Shown here one piece after another: positions 26,772 through 38,488 of a DNA stretch of 64,000 nucleotides. The notes beneath the pieces were generated by a model that was not told where the DNA came from, made no database searches, and saw nothing but the letters and a program-made list of their open reading frames with translations. The position numbers and the translations under genes are program-made. Position 1 is the stretch's first letter, and every line of letters starts with the position of its first letter. Origin of the DNA: Lepidodermella squamata (Eukaryota; Animalia; Gastrotricha); NCBI GenBank assembly GCA_047495785.1, contig JBLDXI010000013.1, forward strand, positions 2,418,001 through 2,482,000. The letters run 5' to 3'.

Positions 26772-28865
26772 TAGTGAGAATTCAACCCAGAGTGAAAAAA
26801 ATTGTTATTTTTTATAAAACCCCAAAAATGTCGATTTTAACAGGGTTGTGCGAGAAATCGTTGAAATAATTGCATAATATTTTCTCGCGTAAAAAATGTA
26901 ATAGATAATGGTTGTTTTTTTAATTTCGAAAATTTTGCTCTGCTTCAGCATAGCTATATTATGTTTTCAAACACCAATTCACACAATAATTATTGTAGTA
27001 CAAACAAACAAACACCTGGTCGATTTATGTCTGTCTGTAATTAATCATCGCATCGCTCATCAATTTTTTGTTGATTCATCGTCTTCTTGCGAAGTTGCGA
27101 AATTTTTCGAGCAAGAAGGCGATTCTTTGTCCCTGCATCACTCGTGTCAAGAAAATGTAACGTTTTCTGGCCTTTCGTCTCGCTTAAATGTTGTTGCGAT
27201 TGTTAATTTTATTACTCGTTTATGAATTCTATGTATGAAATGAATTTTATTAACATCACCAATTTTAACATTTGTTGTATATAAATTTTTATACCAATGC
27301 TGTTTTTTTCTGAGCGAGAGTAAAAGCATTAACGGCAAATCCCCAATAATATGCACTCTGTGTGGGTCTACGATGAGAAATTATTAATATTATATATTAT
27401 AAAAGTTATGAAGCGTTACAAAAATTGTACATTTCTTTTCTTAAAAATCGCTGTTGTCTGTCGGCGGGCTAGCGAGCCGCAAGTCGGGCAAGATATTCGT
27501 TTGAATAATGCATTGATGATTGATGAAATTCATCAGTTTTTAAAGAAATAAAAAACGCGACGGTGGAGATAATGAGGCCATTTTTTTATTCATAATTACC
27601 TCAAAACTTTGGGCGTGTCACCTCCGACTATGCCAAAGCAGCTCGTGGTTGCATTCCTCACCAATCGCCAGTCAAACTTTAAAATTTAAATGTCCCAGTT
27701 ACCTGCGAGGGCGATGATATCAAGCAGTGATACCTAGCAATAAACATTCGATTCACGATGGTCCACGATTCGCTTGTCAATAATAAACCATAGTTGCATC
27801 CAGTGCTTGATCAACAGTGCTGCATCCATCAAGCGAACAGCGCAAACTAGGGACCCACGATTTCGGGCCTTCAGAGAAAAAACCGAAAGGTCCTGAGCTC
27901 CAGTGACTAAAGGAACGTAGGGCGTAAACAGCTGGTTGTTTTGGTTGTTCAGACAACTACCAAAATGAAAACTCAAAAACTTATTTCCTATTTCCTCCAG
28001 CAAATTATTCAAATAGATAGAGAAGCGGAGGAAATGTTTGCAAAATTGCGAAAATGTTCTCCTCGCTCGAAATTCCGATATTGACGATATTGAATTCCGA
28101 TTCCTGTTGAAAATCGGCCCTCGTGTTGGCCGTGAATCCTGCAAAAAAATGAAAATTTCAATCTGAGACCCATAGCAACTACCAAAAAAACGTCCCTCAA
28201 AGGACCCCAGTTTTTCCGGGCTAACCAGGAAAAATGTTAAGGGGGACTATTTCGACCTGTGGGATTATATTCAGGGCTAATTTTTTGACCTCTCAGGTAG
28301 CTTTAAGGTCAACGCTAACAAAAAAAAATTCGCTCGCCAGTGTTTTTTTCCTCATATTCTTTTCGAAAATGTCTCAATTTCCGCGAATTTTTATGACATT
28401 TTTATGACATCTTATGCCATTAAGATTGCAAGCCGAATTAAATCTGGTTTATATATAAGTTTGCCAGTGATGCGGTTGGATAGCCCATAAAACGCTGCAT
28501 TAATCTATGCAATTTGTTTTCCATTTTAAATTTTACAGCGATCCCGCGCGGTTTGTCGCTCATGTCAGGTGCGAATGCGCAGGTGTGTACGTGTGTCGCG
28601 CGCCTCCTTAATCCTTAACCCAGAAGGTCGTTTTAATTCTTATTAATCCCACTTATATAATGAGCGTATAAGGCATTGAATCACTTCACCATTAAAGGCG
28701 GCCTAGGTGGAGAGTAAAAGAGAGTAAAATTTCAAAAGCAACCAGCCGACAGTCAAGGGCATGGTGGCCGTCACCTGATGGCTGTTGAAGAATCAATTGT
28801 CATATGGGGTAGGTACCTCCAAAACACAGAAATAAAGTGCAATATTCAGCAAATTTCGTTCAAAA

Positions 28866-29534
28866 ATGCAAGGTTTTACATCTGCGAAACAAAAAGTCAG
28901 GAATAACAAGCGCAAACCCGACGAGCAACGCAAGCCGGGTCGTCCAGCTAAGCGATTTCGAGGCCAAAAGCGACCCCCAGTTCCGTCCGAATATCCTGAA
29001 CCCGTCGTTGAAGTTGAACCACCGCCGCCTTGCCCATGTGGTCGAGCTCCACCGCCGCTCATGGTCGACTCGTCGTCCCAAACTGACTGCGTAACCACGG
29101 CTTCAGCTTCTGTGCAAGTTCGGCCGTCGACTAGCCATGTGTCTGTTTTGGTCCGGCCACTGGTTTTGAACTCGGGCGTAAGTACTGTCCCGATACCTAT
29201 CGAGACGGCTTTTCACGCAGATCGCTCGTCTTCGACGCCGTCAACTTCGGCTGCAAACAGCCCAGCTTGCTCAACACCGCAGCTATCGACGGTAAATTCG
29301 TTGAAAAGCGAGAAAATGAAGCTTTCGAAAGATAACAGCCGACTTCGAGGAATGCTGGCAATGCAGGCTGAAAAAGCGGCGGCTGAGTTGGCGAAGGTTA
29401 TGGCCGAGCATGCTGAGGCTATGGCTTACATTCACGAAATGAATCGACAGCTGCGGGAAGAAAACGCTGCTTTCGAACGTTTAGCTGTTACACTTCTTCC
29501 CCTTCTCTATTCGTCCAAGTTATACTCTGAATAA
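28866..29534 (+). CDS. Intronless 222 aa ORF: basic GRP N-terminus, QT-like motifs, coiled coil; possibly a truncated transposon-derived protein
   Basis: KPGRPAKR (AT-hook-like), SSSQTD and ASVQV, heptad region LKSEKMKL...LREEN. AATAAA at about 29576. Confidence 0.4.
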   Translation: MQGFTSAKQKVRNNKRKPDEQRKPGRPAKRFRGQKRPPVPSEYPEPVVEVEPPPPCPCGRAPPPLMVDSSSQTDCVTTASASVQVRPSTSHVSVLVRPLVLNSGVSTVPIPIETAFHADRSSSTPSTSAANSPACSTPQLSTVNSLKSEKMKLSKDNSRLRGMLAMQAEKAAAELAKVMAEHAEAMAYIHEMNRQLREENAAFERLAVTLLPLLYSSKLYSE

Positions 29535-29828
29535 CGTTGTTAACAACACATACATAGAAGGATCAATGTGAGCGGAATAAAACGATTCGATGTGTTGAAT
29601 TGTGTAAGACTTTTGCCCACAAATTGCCTCGTAAATAGATCAAAATTTAGAATATAACATTGATGTTCAGCTTTATTCTGAATTCTGTGTTTGTGTTCAA
29701 TAAATTAAAGATATGAATCAGCTGAAAGTTTCAAATCAACGGGAAAGCATTCAAAGCATTCAATAGACTAAAATGTTCATTTCAACGAGATTATACATTA
29801 TGAAGTTCTTGTTCCAGGTAACACATAT

Positions 29829-31421
29829 TTACAGGAACTGAGCAAGAGCCGAGCTGCCAGAGCTGTGGTAGTTCGAGACGGTGGCGGCATCGAGAGCGAA
29901 GGTCGAGACGAAGACGCTGTCGACCTTGCCGAGGAAGCTGCCGAGAGCTTGATCGTTGCCGATGACGAACGGGCAGTGGGCGATCGACAGGTAGCTGCCG
30001 ACGAATTCGGTGTCAGCGACAGCCTGATTTTAAGTGAAATTAGTTGATAGTGAGATCCGAAAAATATGAAGCATGAACTTACGCCGTTGAGGTAGAGACG
30101 AGCAGCAGCACCGTCGTAGGTGACGCAGAAGGTGTTCCAGCCATCAGCAGCGACGGAGAAGGAACCAGACAGGGTGATGGTGTTAACCGGGCTCCAGAAG
30201 CTCAGCTTGGCAGTGAAGGCGTTGTTGGCCTGGACACCGAAGACGAAGGTGAACTCGGACGAGCTAGAGTCCTTGTTGTTGGACAGGATACCGCCATTGA
30301 AGTTGCACTGGTTGTTGGTCTGGCTGTCGCAGCTGAAAAAGACACGAGAGGGTTATTGACGGAGGAAAAAAATAAGGTTCAACTCACCGGAAAGCAGCGC
30401 ACCACGAACCGGCATTGCGGAAGTCGAAGTTCTTGAAAGCAGGGACGCTGACACGGGCGTTGTCGGTGGGGATGCTGAGCGAGCCGCCGTTGGTGGTGCG
30501 GAAAGACACGGAGGTGGTGACTTCGGCGCCATCTTGGAACGAAACAGCGTAGTGGTTGATCGACAGATCTTGGGTGGCACGCGGCGGGTTGAAGTTCATG
30601 TAGAAAGTCGCCTTGCGGTTGGTCTGGGTCGGCGGCACGGTGGCTCCGTTTTCGATGTTGCAGCGGCAGGTGGCCAGGTCGAACGAGACGCCAACGGGGC
30701 AGTACATCTTCTCGGTGGATTCGCCATCAGCGCCGATCTGGATGTAGGCGTTGGCCTCGCCGGCGACGGTCGACAGGAAGCGGCTGAACGAGTCGCGGCA
30801 CACGGTGGCGTTGAACTGGGTGGCCGGGGCGACCGAGGTGGCGACGGACGGACCAGCCTGGACGCAGGCGTCGGAGCAGGTGGCGGATTCGTCGCACGAG
30901 CAGGTGGCCGCGTTGAACTGGGTGCCAGCCGGGCAGCACATGCCGTACGAGCCGGTGTTGGAGCAGACGAAGAACTGACGGCAGCCGGCGCCGGCGTAGC
31001 ACTTGTTGGCGTTGGTGAGGCAGGCGTCGAGGCACGGCGTAGCGCCTTCGGGCATGCACGTCAGGACGGCGTCGTGCCAGAACTGGCCCGCGGGGCACTT
31101 GCGCTGGATGCCGATGGCGTAGGTCTCGTTGACGTAGAAGCACTGGAAGTAGTTGTGGCAGTCGGCGGGGTCGGTGTACAGGTCCTTGTGGTTGCGGCGG
31201 CTACGGCAGCCGAAGCAGAAGGCCGAGGCGTCGTTCGGGCTGGCAGTCGAGCCGGCATCGGGCAGGCGGGTGGTTGCACGGGTGGTCACCTTCTTGGTGG
31301 TAGTCGCAGCATCGGGCTGGCGAGAAGTTGGTCGGACAGTGGTTGGTGCTTTTGTCTTGTGGTGATCCTTGTTGGCAACAACCACGGCAACCAAAAGAGC
31401 GACGATGCAGTAACGCAACAT
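29829..31421 (-). CDS. Secreted chitin-binding (ChtBD2/peritrophin-A-like repeats) + LamG/ConA-like protein, copy 1 (exons 31421-30388, 30332-30083, 30023-29829)
   Basis: Signal peptide, Thr-rich linker, DCHNYFQC...CPAGQFW and CPAGTQF Cys modules, C-terminal WNTFCVTYDG..LYLNG..FLGKVD. Very GC-rich codons. Confidence 0.75.
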
Positions 31422-34334
31422 TTTGAATATTAATTAGTTATAAGATGATTATTTAGAATTGAAAAAGCTATTTGATGAAATTCCTGGGCGGATTCGGGAA
31501 ATTTATACAGCCTTGTTTACTATGTGTCGTAAGCTCGAGGCGGGCACGCGATCTGCCGCCGTGTTTTGATCAGGTCATATTTCCACGTGCCGGGCAATAC
31601 TGCTGTTATTGCGTCCGCCTTGCGTCTGAACTTATTCACAATCTGAAACCAGAGCGTCCGTTTTAAAACCAGAATTTGTTTTCGGCCTCTTTTCATTTTT
31701 ACAGGATTTTGCAACATTTTAATATCAATCTTTCTCAATTCTTGTTCCGGCAAGGCTGAAATGTTCATCTGAAGCCTTACATCAGTTGCGTTCTACTTAT
31801 TTGTAGCGAATTGTAGGATGAACTCCCCCGTATAATGTAACGTCAGCCTGGTAACCATTGACACGCATCATGCAACGCACGAATTGATGGAAAATTAGCC
31901 TTGTAAAACAGTTTTCCCATGACAAAATGAACAGCCAATTACCGAATAAAAAATCTTGTAAAAAATGCCAGCAAGTAAATCAGCCGTCTTGGTCTTCAGT
32001 TAATAAAAACATAACAATGACTCAATTCATCGAAACTTTTTCGGTTTTCACCGTTTTAATAATCGCATCAACCCAAGCGCAGCAATTGATTTATTGCGAC
32101 AATAATTGTCAGCCGATCAGCTCCACCCATGGCCAGTACTATTGCATAAGTGGCAAGCCTGGAGGCTACACTCGCTGTTCAAACGGCGTTCGACACACCT
32201 TCAACTGCCGTAGGTTCTATTTGCTACAAAATTTGCCTGAATATTCTTTGTTTTCAAAGAAAAACATCCCCTACCCAATTATATACTTTGGAAATGATGA
32301 CAATATAATGCTGATTGCAGAGGTTCAAGCAACATTTAACCGAGATTTACCGTTGATAATCGCAGACATTGAAAAATCAGACATTTTACAACGGCGTTTC
32401 GCAATTTTTCAATCATTTTAATTCCCCTTAAAAGTTTGTCTAATTGAATTACCTACAATACAGCTTCTGGCCTCACATGGGATCATCCAATTTTGCGATG
32501 TGATTGGCCGGCAAACGTCAAGTTCCAGTGCCAATGTGCCGCTAAGCCGACTACGACGGCAGTTCCAACAACCACAAAATCAGTCCATACTACAACCGCA
32601 CGTAAAACTACGACCGCCGGCACCACAACGCCGTACAATGCTAATAATTTGAAACGAGTTTGTTATTTCACGAACCGGAGTCAAAATCGTCCGAAGCCAG
32701 CGAACTTTAAACCAAGCGATGTTGACGCAACGTTGTGCTCGCAGATCAACTACGCCTATCTGAACGCAACTGTTGATGGCATTTCGTTTGTCGAATGGAA
32801 TGATGAAGCGATGATCGAGCAACTAGTGGCGATGAAAAAACAGAATCGAGACCTAAAATTGGTTGCGACTATCGGAGGCTGGTCTGCTGGCAAGGCTGAA
32901 TTTGCAAAAATTATTCCCAGTCAGAAAAGTGTCCGCAAATTTAACAGAGCAGCGGTTGCTTTCCTCCGTAAATATCGATTTGACGGGCTTGATATCGGCT
33001 TTGAATCACCCTCTGAGAAGCAAAGGGCCAATTTTACTCTATGGATTCAGGTTGATATCATATTTTTCAGTCGGAAATGAGTACAATTATGCTTTAAATA
33101 TAGAGTCTTGCCGCGGAATTCGCGTCAGAAAATACCACAGAATCCCGATTGTTACTTTCTGTTACAGTTCCAGCTACCAAATCGAAGATCGATGCCGGTT
33201 ACGATGTCCCGAAACTTTCCGCGTAAATAATTTTATTTTTCAGATTTTATCCTTGTTAATTTTTTATTTTCCAGGGCTGTCGATATGATTAATGTTAAAG
33301 CTTTTGATTTTGTTGGCCACTTGAGCAAGACAACTGGGCACAATGCGCCTCTTTTTCCTAAACCTTCATGGGCTGCTGAGTCAACACAAAGTCAGAGCAC
33401 GGTGGTGAGTCCCTAAATTGGCAAAAATTCTCGAATTCTATCCGCGTCTCTTAGAAATATGCTATTGATCACTGGTTGAAGAAGGGAGCATCAGCCCAGA
33501 AATTACTGCTCGGCATTCCAATGCACGGACGCAGCTTTCACCTGTCCTCACCCAACCAATACGGACTCGGAGCGCCCGTTTCAGGTGTTGGCCTTGCTGG
33601 GACCTATACTAAATTAGCTGGTTTAAATTCGGCTTATGAGGTAAAAAAGAGGATGTACCAATTTTTTAGCATTTTTTATTCTTGCTTTGACCCAGATTTG
33701 TATGATGTATAAATGTCCTAAGCCAATGTACCAGTACGTGTTTGATCGAGACATCCAAGCGCCATAGAGAACGAAGTGATCAGAGGGAACACTTGCACAT
33801 ACGTAATGGCAACGAATTAATTTTAATTAATTTTCGAAAAGTGCGCCTTAAAAAAATGAAAAACTAGTATTATTTTTGAACCGAGAAAATCCCCATTGTT
33901 TTGATCGGCGTTTTTTTGACATTTTCATTTAGCCATAAATAATTTTCACTCTCTTGGATTTCGATGCCGATTGGTAGAAAAATGAGCCACTTCTTTATCT
34001 TTATAATCGCAAAAAAATTAGCGCTTGGTCGCTGATAGCTTTTGTTCTAGGAAATTTCAAATTTGACCGTTAAAAAGTGAGTAGTGGGGTTTGGCAACAT
34101 GTTTAGAATCGTGAGATTTTGATACCGCTTTCAAGATCAATGAACGAGAAGTCGAACGATATCAAAAATATGTTGATAGCTATCAGGGTTGCTGAGAAAA
34201 TTGGGTTCAAAGTTTAAAGGTGAAAAAATGCTATAATGGCTGATTATTTCTCAAATAATGTATCCCAGATTGCTTGATTCCATCGTGTTCAGCGTCCAAA
34301 ATTAGACCCTCATCCGACAGTTTCCGACAGTTAA

Positions 34335-35172
34335 CACTCTATCGGCCGAAGGTTTTCGCGTGTACCTTTCCTGTAGCGCCGGGGTTTTTTCGATGTACCT
34401 ACCAAAAAATTCGACCCCCAGATTATTATATTTTCTTGAAGGTCACGGAAATCCAAGATCATTGGTCGATGTCCCGGATTTTTCCGGCTCATCCTTATTA
34501 CGTAATAACCAAAAAACACTTACTCATACTTGAGTATACGGCGCCATCGTGCAAACTGCTTACTCACCTATGAGTATACGGCGTTTTCTAGCAAATCTCA
34601 TTTACTCACCTATGAGTATACGGCATCAGGTCTTACCCAGGTTTACTCTCATATGACTATACGGCCTTAAAGCTCAAAATTGCTATACTCACCTATGAGT
34701 ATTTAGCGCTAGCTTGAAAACATTGCAAGACCAAATTATGCAGCTATCATGTGGTTTTAGGTTAGGGTTTGGTTGTTGAAAAGACACTACCAGCGAATTT
34801 TTGGAATTTTTTTCTTGGATAGCGTGCCTTCTAAAAATAAGCTGTTTTAAACGAAAAATACTTTGAAACATGGCGCATCTCATGTAGGTGAAATGAAAAA
34901 ATTAGCTAATTCTGGAATTCGATAATCTATCTATAATCGATAATCAGTGATTTCTTATTCAAGAAATGAGTATAGGGTGATTTTGACATCAGATTTGACA
35001 TCTACGGGTGTGACTTGTGTCTTGGGGTGCATCATGGGTATTTTCAGATGCACAGGTCTCACGTAAAAAAATCGCAAAAAAGCAACACTTCTATGTACTC
35101 ATATATGAGTATATATAGCGAATTTCTGCAAATCCGAGAATACTCACATATGAGTATTTGGACGATAGAGTG
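34335..35172. mobile_element. Nested TTAA-targeting non-autonomous element (piggyBac-like, 838 bp)
   Basis: TTAA at 34331-34334 and 35173-35176. TIR CACTCTATCG(g/t)CC. Confidence 0.75.
34521..34707. repeat. Array of five palindromic TACTCA-N4-TGAGTA(TACGGC) units, period 40-42 bp; two more at 35096 and 35141
   Basis: Units start at 34521, 34561, 34603, 34644 and 34686, separated by 18-20 nt variable spacers. Confidence 0.85.
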
Positions 35173-36922
35173 TTAAAGTTTGGTCAGATCGGATAATTGC
35201 GAGCATAATGTTCTCTAGCAGCTGTCACGATTCGAAATTTTTAGCTTTGAAGGACTAATTTTTGCCTAACTATTCTATCGATTATCTAAAAGGAGGATAG
35301 TGCTGACCGGGCTACAAGGTAAGCGACCACCTTGAGGTCCCAAACTGCCGAATGAGGTTCTTTCAGCCTACTGTTGAACGCTGAACACGATAACATCAAA
35401 ATTCCGGGTAAAATTTCTGTTTGGTCATTGATGATTCATCAGCAGTGTGCGACTTCCAGCTCGGCCCGGCCAGACAACAAAATGAGAATTTATCACACTG
35501 TTAATTGTGGAAGGTTCTGGGGCGTGTTTTAGTGGAAAATCCCCATAAGTTTCTCGCTTCTCTCGGTTTTTAGCCGAAATGACTCGTCATCCCTGGGAGC
35601 TCGGGGATCGGAGATCGCACCCTGTTCATCAGGCTAAAAAATCACTTCACTATATTTTGAAAAAATGCGAGCTTGGAAAATTGAGTTTTATCAAGATGCT
35701 ACCCTGTTCTTTCTGGGAATAAAGCGACGAATATTGACGATTGCTTGATTTGCGCTAGTTAGCCGAGAGCCGAGTTTTCTCCAAATAAGTATCATTTTTT
35801 CAAGACTGATGTCAAATTTGAGACCAAGACAATCATTTGGATATATATCAAATTGCTATAAAATACAAATCGACGAATGTGTGAATAAGCCAAGGGTCTC
35901 TTCAGGTAAATTCAGGGCGATATTCTTCCGTTTCATTTCGATTTCAGCGATGCATCATTTCTTAAAATGCCAAGTATTTAGCAAATGGATCTCTCTTAAT
36001 AGCTTCAAAGCAAATGCCGACCAAGGCCTGATTTTTTTTTATTTTGCTAGGAATGGATTTTAGCTGAAGAAATATGAAAAAAATTCGCGTTTTGGAGAAC
36101 ATGAAATTTCACAATTGCTCGGTGAACTATGCTCTCTAATCTTACTGATCATGGGGCAAGAAAATATGGGGTTTTTCCAGAGGCTATAACTTTTTTATGA
36201 CGACGTTCGCAACTGTCAAAAAAATCGGAAAACACAGCAAGGACATCTGATAATATTTCTTGTACTTCCAATAACCCAGGGTCATTCCCGTTCTCCCTAA
36301 GGATGACTTAAAAACGTTGAAATTAAAGCATTTTAAAAAGTTGAAAAATATTAAAAAAAACCCTCCTTAATGGAAAACCACTGAAATTAATTCGTTTCCA
36401 TTGCGAATCCGCAAGTGTCACCTCTGATCACTTCGTTCTCTATGCCAAGCGCCTTATATTTTCAATTCAGCTGGAAACTGGGTGAGCGCTGAAAATCAGG
36501 AGTCGGTCGCTGAGAAGGTTCGATTCGCCCAGGAACGCAAATTATCCGGCGTCTTCATTTGGACATTGGACCTGGACGATTTTGCTGATATGTGTGCGAA
36601 TGGCGTCAAATATCCGTTGCTAAATGCTGTCAATCAGGCTATCAAAGGCTTGCCAGTTGCCAGCAACAGCTCGGCTATTTCAGCTTCTAGTTCCGAAGTT
36701 TGCGGGGCTACTATCTCTTGAGAAAAATCAGGCGAAATTCGACACAATTCTTAAAACCTATTTGTTTATTGTTGTTCGAGATTCAAATCATTCCTATTAT
36801 CATAACATTTTATAAACTTTGTAGATCATTGGGATAACATCAACATAACGAATTGCAAGTTCTTGTGTGTATATATCACTTGTTCTTCTTGCGAAAAGTC
36901 TTCATTGGGAATAAATAAGCTT

Positions 36923-38488
36923 TTACAGGTATTGGCTGATAGCCGGAGTGCCCTGGTTGTAGTGAGCATTGGCGGTATCGGCGTCGAGGGCGAAGGTCGA
37001 GACGAACACGGTATCGATGTGGCCGAGGAAGGTGCCCATAGCCTGGTCGGTACCGATGAGCAGAGGGCTCGAGCCGATCGTCAGAGCGCTGGCGATGAAT
37101 TCAGTGTCCTTAAGCTCCTGAAATCGGAAAAAAATCACATTTTTTCGGAATTTTTTGTTAGTAAGAACTTACGCCGTTGACGTAGAGGCGGGCAGCAGCG
37201 CCGTCGTAGGTGACGCAGAAGCCGTTCCAGCCGTTGGCAGGGACCGAGAAGGAGCCGGACAGGGTGACGCTGGTGACAGACGGGGCCCAGAAGCTCAGCT
37301 TAGCGGTGAAGGTGTTGGACGACTGGACGCCGAGGCTGAAGGTGTACTCAGACGAGGCAGCGTCACGGTTGTTGGACAAGATACCGCCGTTGAAGTTGCA
37401 CTGGTTGTTGGCCTGGCTGTCGCAACTGTAAAAAGCACGAAAATTGTATTCAAATCAGGTTAATTTAACGAGATTTCTTACCGGAAATGAGCGCACCACG
37501 AGCCAGCGCTGCGGAAGTCGAAGCCCTGGAAAGCAGGAACGCTAACACGAGCGTTGGCAGAAGGAATGTCGAGCGATCCGCCGGTGGCAGAGCGAGCCGA
37601 AAGACCGGTGGTGATTTCAGCACCGTCGTAGAAGAAAGCGGCGAACTTGTTGATCGACTTGTCCTGGTCAGCGTTCGGTGGGTTGTAGTCCATGAAGAAG
37701 GTCGCCTTCGGGTTGGGCTGCGAGGACGGGGTGGTGGCGTCTTCGTTCTCGGTGTTGCAGCGGCAGGTGGTGAGGTCGAAATCAACGCCAGCCGGGCAGT
37801 ACTGGACGCCAGTGCCGTGACCATCAGCATCGATGAGGTTGAACGCGTTGGCTTGACCGGCGACGGTCGAGATGTAGGCGCCGAACGAGTCGCGGCACAC
37901 GGTGGCGTTGAACTGGGTGGCCGGGGCGACCGAGGTCGGGATAGCCGGGCCGGCTTGAACGCAAGAGTCCTTGCAGGTGGTGGATTCGTCGCAAGAGCAG
38001 GTGGCGGCGTTGAACTGGGTGCCTTCAGGGCAGCACATGCCGTACGAGCCGGTGTTGGCGCAGGAGAAGAACTGACGGCAGCCGGAGCCAGCGTAGCACC
38101 TCTGGGCGCCGCTCAAGCAGGCATCGACGCAAGGAACGTCACCCTCGGGCATGCAGGTCGAGACGGTGTCGTGCCAGAACTGGCCGTTGGGGCAGGTACG
38201 CAGGAAACCGATGGAGAAGGTTTCGTTGACGTAGAAGCACTGGTAGTAGTTGTGGCAGTTGTTCGCATCGGCGAAGTAGGTCTTCTGGTTGCGGCGGTTG
38301 GCCTGGCTCTGGGCCTGGCAGAAGGCAGACGCGTCGTTGTTAGGCGCCGAGGTCGATCCAGCGTCGGGCAGGCGAGAAGTAGCCTTGGTGGTGGTCGCCT
38401 TGGTGGTAGTCGCCCGGGTCGGACGGGTCCGCTTGTTGGCGACGACTGACGCCACGAGCAAAGCCAGAAGGAAGTAACGCAAATACAT
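36923..38488 (-). CDS. Secreted ChtBD2 + LamG/ConA-like protein, copy 2 (3 exons)
   Basis: MYLRYFLLALLVASVVA signal peptide. Same domains and intron positions as copy 1. TATAAAAG upstream at about 38570-38577 on the minus strand. Confidence 0.75.

Larger units (their letters stand above)
33763..36444. mobile_element. Non-autonomous DNA transposon, P-element-superfamily-like (2682 bp including the nested element)
   Basis: Perfect 24 bp TIR CATAGAGAACGAAGTGATCAGAGG / CCTCTGATCACTTCGTTCTCTATG, extending imperfectly to ACACTTGC. 8 bp TSD CCAAGCGC at 33755-33762 and 36445-36452. No long ORF. Confidence 0.92.
32017..36721 (+). pseudogene. GH18 chitinase(-like) gene with N-terminal ChtBD2, disrupted in its last exon by a transposon
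   Basis: Signal peptide, ChtBD2 (C..GLTWD....CDWP), Thr linker, RVCYFTN, IGGWS, FDGLDIGFE, KLLLGIPMHGRSF, WTLDLDDF. The insertion creates an in-frame stop (CAA GCG CCA TAG). Removing it restores DIQAPYIFNSAGNWVSAEN. Confidence 0.85.

Noticed and set aside
27574-29630. GAGGCCATTT / AAATTGCCTC as Sola-like TIRs
   Set aside because: Only 9 of 10 bases match and the flanks give no TSD.
30534-31433. 299 aa plus-strand ORF (and the 320 aa ORF at 37487-38449)
   Set aside because: Antisense shadows of GC3-rich genes; the real genes with signal peptides and splice sites are on the minus strand.
34521-34707. True CRISPR array
   Set aside because: Eukaryotic context with no cas genes. Spacers are only 18-20 nt and partly similar to each other, and the array lies inside a TIR element.
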